The notes below the pieces were generated by a model that searched no databases, was not told the origin of the DNA, and saw only the letters and a list, made by a program, of their open reading frames with translations. A stretch of 64,000 nt of DNA from the IMG/VR virus record IMGVR_UViG_3300013121_000022, positions 96,001 through 160,000 of that record. One strand, 5' to 3'. Numbering within the stretch: the stretch's first letter is position 1; the number at the start of each line of letters is the position of its first letter. This document shows, piece after piece, positions 47,323 through 56,811 of this stretch. A program made the position numbers and the translations under genes. This stretch comes from a virus (Duplodnaviria > Caudoviricetes).

Positions 47323-47573
47323 CTGCGGAATATACGATTAGGCCAGCACGATATGCCAAAAAAATGTTTGCAGTAGAAACCGTTCCAAATGGAACGGGAT
47401 GGAAAACAAAAGCAGATCGGGCGGCAGAGGCCGCACAAGGAAAAACAGTTCGTTACTCACATCGCGAAAAGTCGTACATTTTATCGGCTAGACAAGTCGA
47501 AAAATTCAAAGCTTTGATGTCAAGTAACAACAATATTTTCACTAAAGAATTGCTCGCGAGGACTAACGGCTAG
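47310..47573 (+). CDS. hypothetical protein
   Basis: ORF track; 3' end overlaps tRNA-Asp. Confidence 0.55.
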   Translation: MDVITAEYTIRPARYAKKMFAVETVPNGTGWKTKADRAAEAAQGKTVRYSHREKSYILSARQVEKFKALMSSNNNIFTKELLARTNG

Positions 47574-47626
47574 GTCGTTTCTCTGTCAAAGAAACAGTCA
47601 AGCGGGTTCGACTCCCGTCGTGGGCG
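47552..47626 (+). tRNA. tRNA-Asp(GUC)
   Basis: TTTCT-CTGTCAA-AGAAA, G73. Confidence 0.88.
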
Positions 47627-47632
47627 CACGTT

Positions 47633-47825
47633 GTTGTTAGCATTGAGAGTGTAGCACATTTTTGATTGACGCCGACTTGTTGCGTCGGACGTGCTATCAC
47701 ACGACAATCAAAAGTCCCTCACAAGGGATAAGTTGTCAGGCAACCATTGATAGATGTGACAATGAAAGGGCTACCGGAACTTATCCGGTTTCGATCTTGA
47801 TCGAAACCCTCTCAATGCTAACAAC
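47633..47825 (+). ncRNA. candidate pseudoknotted ncRNA closed by a 17-bp stem
   Basis: GTTGTTAGCATTGAGAG/CTCTCAATGCTAACAAC. Confidence 0.6.
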
Positions 47826-47959
47826 TAATTTACAAGTAGTAGCATATAACATACGATAGCATAAGGCTGACTACTTTGAGGCTGAAGCTTGGTTGCAAAC
47901 AATTAGTAAGCCGGAACAGCTCTGACTACGCGAAGTTGTATGCTGTTGCTTGTAAATTA
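47826..47959 (+). ncRNA. candidate ncRNA closed by a 25-bp stem containing G-U pairs
   Basis: 47826-47850 pairs with 47935-47959. Confidence 0.6.
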
Positions 47960-47963
47960 ATCT

Positions 47964-48035
47964 GCCGCTGTAGGCTAATGGATAAACCGCTAGTCTTCGG
48001 AACTAGCTTTCAGGGTTCGAGTCCCTGTGGCGGCG
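47964..48035 (+). tRNA. tRNA-Arg(UCG)
   Basis: CTAGT-CTTCGGA-ACTAG. Confidence 0.88.
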
Positions 48036-48148
48036 CTGAGTTATCTGGTTGCTTGCACGAGATGGATCGATACGTTGACGTGAGTTATTCTCAATAAAAT
48101 TTATGTATTGGCGTGAAGAACCAAACATAGAAATAACCAGACGTTTAT

Positions 48149-48367
48149 ATGACCGAACTTGTTCGCGAACTAATCAATAAACTGCTAGACGGAAAGCGGA
48201 TTTATCTTCCTAACGGACAAGTAATCGGCATGGGAGAAGATTTTTCAATCGGTTATATGTATATGACTCAGAGTGGCGAATGGTTCGTTGGTGCAATAAC
48301 CATTGACTTGACTGGTCTGGTTCAGGTAATAGAAAAATACAATCTCTCTCTTGATAATGTTCGCTAA
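48149..48367 (+). CDS. hypothetical protein
   Basis: ORF track. Confidence 0.5.
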   Translation: MTELVRELINKLLDGKRIYLPNGQVIGMGEDFSIGYMYMTQSGEWFVGAITIDLTGLVQVIEKYNLSLDNVR

Positions 48368-48369
48368 AT

Positions 48370-48441
48370 GCTCTCGTTCGTTAATGGATAAACGACAAAG
48401 CTTCTAACTTTCCCCTGTGGGTTCGACTCCCGCCGAGAGTA
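48370..48441 (+). tRNA. tRNA-Arg(UCU)
   Basis: loop CTTCTAA. Confidence 0.85.
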
Positions 48442-48446
48442 CACTT

Positions 48447-48653
48447 ATGATCAAAAAACAAAAAGTCAATCCTAACGCCATTGCGTATCCCGAAGTTACT
48501 GGATGGACGTGGATCGGAAATTCAAGTAAAGAAACCGCCGATGAAGCAGTACGTGGATACCAAGTGGCATTTCCAGAATACAAGAAATTACGGGCAGTTA
48601 AGTTTGTTGTGCCAGATACAAAAATCAAGTTTGCGGTATATATGAAGGCTTAA
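48447..48653 (+). CDS. hypothetical protein
   Basis: ORF after tRNA. Confidence 0.5.
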   Translation: MIKKQKVNPNAIAYPEVTGWTWIGNSSKETADEAVRGYQVAFPEYKKLRAVKFVVPDTKIKFAVYMKA

Positions 48654-48655
48654 AC

Positions 48656-49537
48656 ATGAACACAAAAATGACTCGAACCTACAAACCCTATAAGTCTCTG
48701 GAAAATACATTTGCTGAACATGGACTGAAACTTAAGGTTGTATCTGATCCAATTACTGGACGCGGAAACAAAAATCAGGCGCAGATCGATATTACGGGCA
48801 ATCATTTTCGTTTGTACGCTGGCAAGAATCCTGAAACCAAAATTGCTGTGCAACACGCCGATGGCAAACACATTTTGCTGATGGTGAACGAACCAGAGAC
48901 GACATTCAAAACCGAAGTCACTCACCCAATCAAACGAGACAAGATCATCAAGGTTGTTCCTAAACAATCAAAATGGTCAACTGAAAAATATCTAATTGAA
49001 CGTATTTTACCAGCAGGTGTACGGCACTTTTTGATGGGTCAAGACGAGCGCGGCTTGTTTATTTCAACTGTAGCCAACGTCACGACTGTTCAAAGCGCAT
49101 TGAATTCATTGAAACGCAAGCCAATTGTTGAGGCCGAGAAAAAGGTCAAGGTCGTTCGTCAAGGTGAATGGTTCTTTGTTCCGGCGACCAAAGAGGAAGT
49201 ACACTCGATTGAACTGAGTGGCATAACACATCGCAATCATTCAATTGGTGATGCAACCAAAGTTCGCAGTGGCAAGCCTCATGTTGCACAAGAATTGGTG
49301 GTTGCCGAAATTTATCCGCTTGGACATTTCTTGCCGGAAGTCGAATTGGGTTATAACCTAACACGCTACAACAACGATCCGGTTGTGAACAACATGAACA
49401 CTCCTTATTATTTTGCGGTGTTTGTTCGCGGTAAAGTTGCACATGAAGATCATAAGTCGGTTCAGTTCAGTTGCTGGATGAAGGTCATCAAGAATAACGA
49501 ACGTCCTAATGTTACGGGCGGAAAGTGGTTTGATTAA
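48656..49537 (+). CDS. conserved phage hypothetical protein
   Basis: 293 aa, RQGEWFFVP..H..HEDH motif. Confidence 0.7.
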   Translation: MNTKMTRTYKPYKSLENTFAEHGLKLKVVSDPITGRGNKNQAQIDITGNHFRLYAGKNPETKIAVQHADGKHILLMVNEPETTFKTEVTHPIKRDKIIKVVPKQSKWSTEKYLIERILPAGVRHFLMGQDERGLFISTVANVTTVQSALNSLKRKPIVEAEKKVKVVRQGEWFFVPATKEEVHSIELSGITHRNHSIGDATKVRSGKPHVAQELVVAEIYPLGHFLPEVELGYNLTRYNNDPVVNNMNTPYYFAVFVRGKVAHEDHKSVQFSCWMKVIKNNERPNVTGGKWFD

Positions 49538-49706
49538 TTCTTGACAGTATCAGAACTTGTGATACAATTCCGTTCATCATTGCAGAGCACACTTAGAAAG
49601 TTGAAAAAATACTTTCAGCACCTGTGTTTCTTTCGTGAAGTTGCCGAGTGGTAAAACCTAACTTCAAGCCGAACGCTTATTGCTGTGCGATAACAGCAAT
49701 GACAAT

Positions 49707-49792
49707 GGCCTTGTGGTGGAACTAGGTAGACACAGCAGACTCAAAATCTGCCGCCCTAAAAAAGCGTGAAGGTTCGACTCCTTTCAAGGCCA
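49707..49792 (+). tRNA. tRNA-Leu(CAA)
   Basis: GCAGA-CTCAAAA-TCTGC, class II. Confidence 0.92.
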
Positions 49793-49894
49793 CACGTTGG
49801 TTTGCGGAATAGGCGACAGCAAACATCTGGATCGGCATTACGCGGAGTCTTCCCTGCCGATGAATAAATGAAGACCTTGACCTATTCAAATTGA

Positions 49895-49966
49895 CGCGGG
49901 GTAGAGCAGTGGTAGCTCGCTTGGCTCATAACCAAGAGATCGCAAGTTCGAGTCTTGCTCCCGCTA
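49895..49966 (+). tRNA. tRNA-Met(CAU), initiator-like
   Basis: CGCGGGG 5' end with C1:U72 mismatch; loop CTCATAA. Confidence 0.88.
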
Positions 49967-49970
49967 CTTT

Positions 49971-50043
49971 GGCTAGTTTCGTTAATTGGATAAACGGGTA
50001 GTCTCCAAAACTATTCCTGAGAGTTCGAGTCTCTCACTGGCCG
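49971..50043 (+). tRNA. tRNA-Trp(CCA)
   Basis: GTAGT-CTCCAAA-ACTAT. Confidence 0.88.
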
Positions 50044-50045
50044 CA

Positions 50046-50276
50046 ATGCGAATTCATTTCGACAGAACAAAATTTGATCTTGTATTATTCGGTGCTCGTT
50101 CGCAAGGGTGTCAGTTTGTTTTTCAAGATCGAACCTATAAATTCATAGGCAACAAGAAGTACGCAGATGTTGCCAACAAAATCTTTCATGGATGGGTTAT
50201 GGATTACACAATGGAAGACGCCAAACGTTATACTCGTTGGGCGAAAGAAGTATGTCAGCGTAGTTCAGATGGATAG
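50046..50276 (+). CDS. hypothetical protein
   Basis: ORF; 3' end overlaps tRNA-Arg. Confidence 0.45.
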   Translation: MRIHFDRTKFDLVLFGARSQGCQFVFQDRTYKFIGNKKYADVANKIFHGWVMDYTMEDAKRYTRWAKEVCQRSSDG

Positions 50277-50327
50277 AACGCATTCCTGCGAAGAATGAGG
50301 TCGTGAGTTCGAGTCTCGCCGTTGACA
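50254..50327 (+). tRNA. tRNA-Arg(GCG)
   Basis: CATTC-CTGCGAA-GAATG. Confidence 0.88.
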
Positions 50328-50328
50328 C

Positions 50329-50358
50329 AAGCACTCATTATCATGGGTGCTTTTTTTA
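50329..50358 (+). terminator. intrinsic terminator
   Basis: AAGCACTCAT-tatc-ATGGGTGCTTTTTTT. Confidence 0.85.
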
Positions 50359-50434
50359 TTGATCGGCGCAGAGCGCGCCTTTAATATTGACACTTGAAAT
50401 CAACTAAGGGACAATTAAGAAAAGGAAAACATTC

Positions 50435-51496
50435 ATGGCAAAAAAATCAATCAATCAAGAACTTGAAACAGTGCTATCGAATATCGATAAGAAATACGGA
50501 GAGGGCGCAATTGTCAAAGTATCCGAAACCGAGATCAAGCATATCCCCGTTGTATCAACAGGATCGTTGAGTCTCAATCATGCGCTAGGCGTCGGCGGAT
50601 ACCCACTGAACCGTATCACTGAAATTTATGGGCCAGAATCGTCCGGCAAAACAACACTCTGTATTCACGCAATTGTTGAAGGTCAAAAGAAGTTTCCAGA
50701 TCGACAGGTTGCCTTTGTGGATATGGAACATGCTTTGGATATTGCATATACCGAAGCACTTGGAGCGGACTTGGATCGCTTGTATGTGTCACAGCCCGAT
50801 ACTGGCGAACAAGCACTAGAGATTACAGAAGCATTAGTTCGATCTGGTCAGTTTTCAGTCGTGGTTGTCGATTCGGTTGCAGCTCTTGTCCCTAAAGCCG
50901 AAATTGAAGGCGAAATGGGCGATGCTCAGGTTGGGCGACAAGCTCGATTGATGAGTCAGGCTATGCGTAAAATTTCTCCGGCGCTCAAGTCGAACGATAT
51001 TGATCGATCATGCGCCTTGATTTTTACTAATCAAATTCGGATGAAAATTGGCGTTATGTTTGGCAATCCAGAGACGACTAGCGGCGGCAACGCCTTGAAA
51101 TTTTATTCCAGTATCCGGCTAGATGTTCGCAAAACTGCGACAGTCAAAGATGCGGAAAAAGTCTCTTTATCAAATACAACTCGCGTCAAGGTGGTGAAGA
51201 ACAAGGTTGCTCCGCCATTCCGTGAGGCGATCTTGGATATTGAATTCGGCAAAGGTATCGATTTGGCGTCTGAACTGATTACACTTGGACTTGAATACAA
51301 TATTTTGGTCAAGCGTGGTGCGTTTTTCTCGTATAACGATAATCGTCTTGGTCAGGGAGCGGTAAACACCAAAAAATATATTTCCGAACACCCTGAGTTG
51401 GCATCTGAACTTACAGAGAAAATCGAGCAGGCTATTGCATCGGGTGTTGAAAAGCAAGTGGTTATCAAATCAGACACTGACTTAAGTGAAGAATAG
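50435..51496 (+). CDS. recA: recombinase RecA
   Basis: [53 protein letters not shown]. Confidence 0.98.
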   Translation: MAKKSINQELETVLSNIDKKYGEGAIVKVSETEIKHIPVVSTGSLSLNHALGVGGYPLNRITEIYGPESSGKTTLCIHAIVEGQKKFPDRQVAFVDMEHALDIAYTEALGADLDRLYVSQPDTGEQALEITEALVRSGQFSVVVVDSVAALVPKAEIEGEMGDAQVGRQARLMSQAMRKISPALKSNDIDRSCALIFTNQIRMKIGVMFGNPETTSGGNALKFYSSIRLDVRKTATVKDAEKVSLSNTTRVKVVKNKVAPPFREAILDIEFGKGIDLASELITLGLEYNILVKRGAFFSYNDNRLGQGAVNTKKYISEHPELASELTEKIEQAIASGVEKQVVIKSDTDLSEE

Positions 51497-51533
51497 TCTT
51501 GACAAAGATTGATATTTAGTTTATTATGCCGCT

Positions 51534-51758
51534 ATGCTGATTTACAAATTCCCAAACGATCCAGAGTTCAGTGAGGCATTGAAGAGTCTTGTAAACGGCA
51601 TAGCGGTAAACTTGAAAATCAGCATTCAGGTTCATGTAGCGGATAATAAAGTTGAAATCATAAGTAGTGATGTGGTAGACTTAGATGGTACACGCTATCC
51701 GGCTGAAATGGTTATCAAGCAATCGATTGATATGGTTGTCAAAACACTAAGAAAGTAA
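51534..51758 (+). CDS. hypothetical protein (leaderless)
   Basis: TTGACA(51499)-17-TATTAT, ATG 7 nt later. Confidence 0.6.
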   Translation: MLIYKFPNDPEFSEALKSLVNGIAVNLKISIQVHVADNKVEIISSDVVDLDGTRYPAEMVIKQSIDMVVKTLRK

Positions 51759-51760
51759 AT

Positions 51761-51853
51761 GGAGTAGAGGCGAATACTGGTTTGTCGCGTTTGTTTGCTA
51801 AACAAATCCACGATGTAAATCTGGTGTGGGTTCAATTCCTGCCTACTCCGCCA
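51761..51853 (+). tRNA. tRNA-Ser(GCU)
   Basis: TTTGT-TTGCTAA-ACAAA, class II, encoded CCA. Confidence 0.88.
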
Positions 51854-51857
51854 AAAC

Positions 51858-52151
51858 ATGGCTAAAACAATTCGTAATTACGAAGATTTTAAAAAATCGT
51901 CTTTACCAAAAAGCAGAACAAGAAGTTTACAGAGATTTATTGATGGAGTGCGAATCACAGGCGCACTAGGACGAGCATTAATGTCTAACCCATCGACTGT
52001 GCCAGTTGGCCTTAGAAGCAAAGGACGATCATTTGAATCGTTTGGGTTGTTTAATGTTGTTCGAGATTCAAGACCTCCGTTCCATGTACTGTCATGGAGT
52101 CTGACCGAGAAGGGAAAGCAAATCAAGCAACGATTGATGGAACTTGACTAA
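51858..52151 (+). CDS. hypothetical basic protein (possible winged helix)
   Basis: WSLTEKGK motif. Confidence 0.5.
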   Translation: MAKTIRNYEDFKKSSLPKSRTRSLQRFIDGVRITGALGRALMSNPSTVPVGLRSKGRSFESFGLFNVVRDSRPPFHVLSWSLTEKGKQIKQRLMELD

Positions 52152-52154
52152 CAT

Positions 52155-52227
52155 GGTGGCTATTGTGTAGTGGTCTGCACGAAGTGCTGTGAACACTTAG
52201 GTAAGGGTTCGATCCCCTTTAGTCACC
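52155..52227 (+). tRNA. tRNA-His(GUG)
   Basis: G-1/C73; AAGTG-CTGTGAA-CACTT. Confidence 0.9.
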
Positions 52228-52255
52228 CACGAAATAAACAGAAAGAGAGAAAGAT

Positions 52256-52468
52256 ATGTTAAATGACGAGCAGATAAAATCTTTGAAGGAAGACGGAATT
52301 CAACTCAACCACACTGAAAACAACTTGAGCTGGATTGCTACAATTGGTTATCTACCTTTTCCGCGTGGCATTGGTGATACCAAAGAATCGGCATTGTATA
52401 ACCTGTTGATCGATGTTGGTCTATTGAAAATTGAGAATAGGATTAATCCGATCTTGTTGTGGCGGTAA
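52256..52468 (+). CDS. hypothetical protein
   Basis: ORF track. Confidence 0.5.
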   Translation: MLNDEQIKSLKEDGIQLNHTENNLSWIATIGYLPFPRGIGDTKESALYNLLIDVGLLKIENRINPILLWR

Positions 52469-52500
52469 GTCCAACTCTGTCAAAATTTAGAAAGATTATC

Positions 52501-52755
52501 ATGCCATTTCAAACAATCCGAGAAGCTATTGCCGATGTTGAGAATTTGCCTGAGTTCATGAAAGAATTTCCAAGTATCATCGAGCTGCCCAACGGAAAGT
52601 TCGACTGGTTCTGCCTCAAGGGTAGTAAGGCCGGATACTACAACGACAGCAACTTATTTGTTCCTCTCAAGCATTACACGATTGTCCGAGAGTGGAGCGG
52701 TAGTAAATGGATTGAAGTTGGTATTCCGGTCATTGTAGAACGCGTAAGATGGTGA
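52501..52755 (+). CDS. hypothetical protein
   Basis: ORF track, second Met. Confidence 0.5.
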   Translation: MPFQTIREAIADVENLPEFMKEFPSIIELPNGKFDWFCLKGSKAGYYNDSNLFVPLKHYTIVREWSGSKWIEVGIPVIVERVRW

Positions 52756-52770
52756 TGTAATGTCACCAAT

Positions 52771-52865
52771 GGGTAGGTGGCAGAGTTCGGCTGATTGCGC
52801 TAGTCTTGAAAACTAGAAATCTTGCTAACAAGCAAGGTTCGTGGGTTCAAATCCCACCTTACCCG
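52771..52865 (+). tRNA. tRNA-Ser(UGA)
   Basis: CTAGT-CTTGAAA-ACTAG, class II. Confidence 0.92.
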
Positions 52866-52896
52866 CTAGTAACATATAACTTGAAAGAGAGAGAAT

Positions 52897-54141
52897 ATGC
52901 AGATCAATTTTTGGATTCCCGTTGTTGTAGTTGCCGTGATTACGGGGTTGGCGGCAATCTTCTTTCATCCGAAAGAGACGGTACGTAGGTCGGGCTATTA
53001 TCGTAAGTTTTCTCAATCACCATCAGTGACATGGTATGAGGCACTTGCGGTATTTTGCGCGGCCTTTTTTATTCAATGGCTTGGATGGAATATAGCCATT
53101 CGTCAGCAGGCCAGTGCGGTTGAGTTTTTAAATGGACACATCGCGGCCAAAGGATCGACTGACTGGCAGTTTGATGTATGCGATAGTTATTCCACAGATA
53201 AGGACGGTAATCGAACTTGCACAAGTCATCATACGGAGTATCGAACCAACTATTGGGCGAACACCAATTATGTTGAATTCTTTCCATCAGAAGGACACTT
53301 GAATTACGGAGATGTGAAACGAAACGATCCGCCTCCCCAACGATGGGCTTTAGCGCAAGTTGGCGATCCGGTTACGACATTGCACACTTACACCAATAAT
53401 GTCAAAGGTGCTGGACGACTCAACCAGATGTTTCCTAACTCGCCTTTGACACAAACCTTGCGCGATCAAAATGCATTTCCGCCATTACCTACTTCCCTTC
53501 ACTCGTTCGATTATGCACCAAAGGTGTTTTATATTGGTGGAACTCCCCAAAACGGAGAGACTTATAGCGATGTAACAGTCAAGTTTCGCGACGGGAAAAT
53601 CAATAGCGTCCATGTATATACCCTGAACGAATCATCTCGCGAAATGAACAAGATCAACGATCCGCTAGGCAACTCCAAGCAGGCGAATACCCAAGTCTTT
53701 TTTGTTGTGGGTCAACCAATTGAATACGCCAATGCTTACATGGATTATGCCGAAGGCGGGGGCAAGAATGATGTCAATGTCTTTGTCGGCCTGTCAGACG
53801 ATGGTCAGACAGTTGTATGGGCAACAGTACGATTTGGGCTGGTGGGATTTGATCAAACCGACGAATCGAACGGTGGATCAAACGCCATGCTGGACATCAA
53901 ATTAGGCCGCGAGCTGCGGCACAAGACACTGACTGAACTTGGCGGCTACACTGGTGTGGTCAAGTTGTCCGGCGAATACGTCAATCTGTATTTTGATCGT
54001 GTGCCAAACAAACAATTCAAGTTTTTGGAAGCAGAGTTTGAACCGCGTGGTGGTTGGGCGGTATTCGTGAACTTCACAACGTATATAGTGGCGCTCGTGT
54101 TGTTGGTTGTGGCGTTTATCGTAAACGTAGAAGAAATTTAA
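52897..54141 (+). CDS. membrane-anchored protein with large extracytoplasmic domain
   Basis: two N-terminal TMs, CDSY..CTSH loop, GGKNDV motif, C-terminal TM. Confidence 0.7.
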   Translation: MQINFWIPVVVVAVITGLAAIFFHPKETVRRSGYYRKFSQSPSVTWYEALAVFCAAFFIQWLGWNIAIRQQASAVEFLNGHIAAKGSTDWQFDVCDSYSTDKDGNRTCTSHHTEYRTNYWANTNYVEFFPSEGHLNYGDVKRNDPPPQRWALAQVGDPVTTLHTYTNNVKGAGRLNQMFPNSPLTQTLRDQNAFPPLPTSLHSFDYAPKVFYIGGTPQNGETYSDVTVKFRDGKINSVHVYTLNESSREMNKINDPLGNSKQANTQVFFVVGQPIEYANAYMDYAEGGGKNDVNVFVGLSDDGQTVVWATVRFGLVGFDQTDESNGGSNAMLDIKLGRELRHKTLTELGGYTGVVKLSGEYVNLYFDRVPNKQFKFLEAEFEPRGGWAVFVNFTTYIVALVLLVVAFIVNVEEI

Positions 54142-54167
54142 TCATAACGAAAGAGAGAAAACGACAA

Positions 54168-54836
54168 ATGAATACATCGAGTTATATCAAATATGGAGTC
54201 ATGGCTTTTCTGATCAGTGCCGTGTTACTTGGCCTGATTGCAGTGAACGGTTGGATTGGTGTTCAGAATGCATCCGCTGATTATGAGGCCGAAATTCCGG
54301 CGCAAATGTCGATTTGTGCTACTAAAGTTGACGCTGGTTATCAAACGATTCAGTTACAATATCAGATCAATCAATCACAGGGCGATACCATCAAGGGTTA
54401 TCTGGCGATGATGTTTCAGTCGGCGGTTGATCCCAATGGTCAAGAAACCTTTGCTCAATCTCAGAACAATTTGATTACCGCTGTAATGCAGTATTCTGTT
54501 TTGGGAAATACTGATTTGAATGCGCTTGCCCTGAATGTTCAAGATACCGTTGCGACAGTGTTTTCTGAATTTTCTTCTTGTTTAGGTCGGGCAAATGCAT
54601 TGAAGGCTGAATACAAAAAGGCACTTACGCGTTGGCCGAATAGTATCTTTGCCGATCAACTCAACTTGCCGAATAAGTTCAATGGAGAAGGCGCTAATAT
54701 GCCCAAGCGAGATATTGACGGAGACGGTTATTTGACTGTGTTTGATTATCAAACGACCATTGTCTCTAGCCTCACAGCAGGTACATTTGATACGGGACAA
54801 CTGCCGCAATTGGTGTTACCAACACAAGCTCCGTAA
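54168..54836 (+). CDS. LemA-like membrane protein
   Basis: N-terminal TM, helical body, Y..LTRWPNSIFA motif. Confidence 0.55.
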   Translation: MNTSSYIKYGVMAFLISAVLLGLIAVNGWIGVQNASADYEAEIPAQMSICATKVDAGYQTIQLQYQINQSQGDTIKGYLAMMFQSAVDPNGQETFAQSQNNLITAVMQYSVLGNTDLNALALNVQDTVATVFSEFSSCLGRANALKAEYKKALTRWPNSIFADQLNLPNKFNGEGANMPKRDIDGDGYLTVFDYQTTIVSSLTAGTFDTGQLPQLVLPTQAP

Positions 54837-54862
54837 ATAAATTAATAGTAGGACAGAATTTC

Positions 54863-54891
54863 AACTCCACTGGCAACAGTGGAGTTTTTTT
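54863..54891 (+). terminator. intrinsic terminator
   Basis: AACTCCACTG-gcaa-CAGTGGAGTTTTTTT. Confidence 0.85.
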
Positions 54892-54933
54892 GATTTCCGA
54901 ATGGTATAATATCTTTATTCATGGAGAAAAAAT

Positions 54934-56811
54934 ATGACTCTTAAATTGGGCGCACACTGTTTAACTGGCACATCGGATGCCATACGTTTGGCGCAAGCCG
55001 GAATGAAAATATTCAAGGTTATCGACAACGCTGGTATGGCGGACGATATTTTGAAAATTGTTCCAGACGCAACTATCATTGGATTGATTAGCACCGACTA
55101 TCGTCCGGTGGAAGATTACGACAAACTTACACCTAAACAGGCCGCAAACAAATTCTTCAACAACATCGTTGGAGGAATGCGATCTGCGAAGTCAGTCAAA
55201 ATGTGGGAAGGGCCAAACGAACCGTTGTGCGATACGATGGAACGCATGGATTTTTTCAATGCTTTTACTATTGAAATGATCGATCTCATGGCCGCAGAAG
55301 GCTGGAAATATGTGGTGGGTGGTTTTTCGGTTGGACAACCCCGTTTAGATATACCAGTATGGGAACATTATTTGCCTGCTATTCGCTACGGAATGCAACA
55401 TGGTGCGTGGTTGGGCTTGCATGAATATTCGTGGCCGGATATGCGATGGATGTATGGTCATAACCAGATTGATCCTAATGAAGACGCCGGAGATGAAGGT
55501 TGGGTTACACTTCGCTATCGCAAGGTCTATAGACAATTTTTAATTCCAAACAACTTGGTAATCCCGCTAATTATGACTGAGGCGGGAATTGATTCGGGCG
55601 TCAACCCGAAACCATTTGACGGTGGGGGTAATTTCCGCGATCAGGGTTATCGCGACGGAATCGATCAATGGAACAATGCGGTTCAAGAACCGAATGCTTA
55701 TTACGCTCGAAACTTGATGTGGTATGAATCGGAACTCGCCAAAGACGACTATGTTGTGGGCGCAACAGTTTTTACCATTGGAAGCACAGCTCGCTGGACG
55801 GATTTTGATATTGCAGGCACTGGTGTTATCGATGAACTAATAAAATATTTCAATGGCACTAAAAAGTTCGAGCCTTATCCGTCGGCCTACAAGCCTCTCA
55901 ACAATCAGTTAGTCAATCCATCATTTGAGGGCGGCTATTACAAACACAACGGAATCACTGAACTGCCCGTACCGGATGGCTGGAAATTTTGGTATCAAAC
56001 TGACACCAGTTTACGACTTCCTAATCAACAGTTTCAGTTTTATCCGCCAGAAAACGTTGTATGGAATTACATTCAGGCTAATCGACGCGATCAAATTGCA
56101 TTTTTCCGATCCGGCAAACGCATTCTAAAATGCTTCAAGGGTTGGGGAGCAATCTGGTTCAAGTTCAGTCAAAAGGCAAAAACAGTTGTTGGGCACACTT
56201 ACAGGTTTTCGGTAGATGTATATCCAGATTTAGTTGCTGATTACGATAAATTCGGCAACAAAGTTTTTGCCACTGATCCGATCTGCGGTGAGCATCGCGT
56301 TACTCTGGACGATGGTTGGTTTGATTGGCAGGATGGACGCAAACACCGATTTGGTGAATGGAGTACATTATCGGCCTCATTTGTTGCTACTCAATCAGAA
56401 CATGAAGTTGGATTTGAAATTAGAGGTCGTTACGGACTCAAAAACAATGGCTGGTTTATTGACAATGCGATCTTAGAAGACACAAGTATAAACGTTCCGC
56501 CTGTGGTCACTCCACCTGTGGTCGTTCCGCCCGTTGTTACTCCACCTGTAGTGACTCCGCCTCCAGTAGTTGTTTCTCCAGAAACAACATTATCTGTTTT
56601 GGATCGAGTAAAAGTAAATTCGCTGATCGGATTGAGAGTTCGGGAGACTCCAAGTATTACAGGAAAAATTTTAGCCGTTGAATCTTATGGCGCAAAGGGT
56701 TATGTCATGCGCGATAAAGTTGTCAAAGATGGAGTGACTTGGTATAAAGTTTTGTACGACAACGATATATACGGTTGGTCATCAATGGCCTATTTGGAGA
56801 AAACGTCATGA
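54934..56811 (+). CDS. glycoside hydrolase (GH-A-like) + CBM-like + Pro/Val linker + SH3 protein; candidate endolysin
   Basis: WEGPNEP, GLHEY, MTEAG; NPSFEGG; PPVVT repeats; GLRVRETPS..WY..GW. Confidence 0.7.
   Translation: MTLKLGAHCLTGTSDAIRLAQAGMKIFKVIDNAGMADDILKIVPDATIIGLISTDYRPVEDYDKLTPKQAANKFFNNIVGGMRSAKSVKMWEGPNEPLCDTMERMDFFNAFTIEMIDLMAAEGWKYVVGGFSVGQPRLDIPVWEHYLPAIRYGMQHGAWLGLHEYSWPDMRWMYGHNQIDPNEDAGDEGWVTLRYRKVYRQFLIPNNLVIPLIMTEAGIDSGVNPKPFDGGGNFRDQGYRDGIDQWNNAVQEPNAYYARNLMWYESELAKDDYVVGATVFTIGSTARWTDFDIAGTGVIDELIKYFNGTKKFEPYPSAYKPLNNQLVNPSFEGGYYKHNGITELPVPDGWKFWYQTDTSLRLPNQQFQFYPPENVVWNYIQANRRDQIAFFRSGKRILKCFKGWGAIWFKFSQKAKTVVGHTYRFSVDVYPDLVADYDKFGNKVFATDPICGEHRVTLDDGWFDWQDGRKHRFGEWSTLSASFVATQSEHEVGFEIRGRYGLKNNGWFIDNAILEDTSINVPPVVTPPVVVPPVVTPPVVTPPPVVVSPETTLSVLDRVKVNSLIGLRVRETPSITGKILAVESYGAKGYVMRDKVVKDGVTWYKVLYDNDIYGWSSMAYLEKTS

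Noticed and set aside
1005-50374. CRISPR array from the 14-bp repeat
   Set aside because: Copies are short, kilobases apart and irregularly spaced; no cas genes
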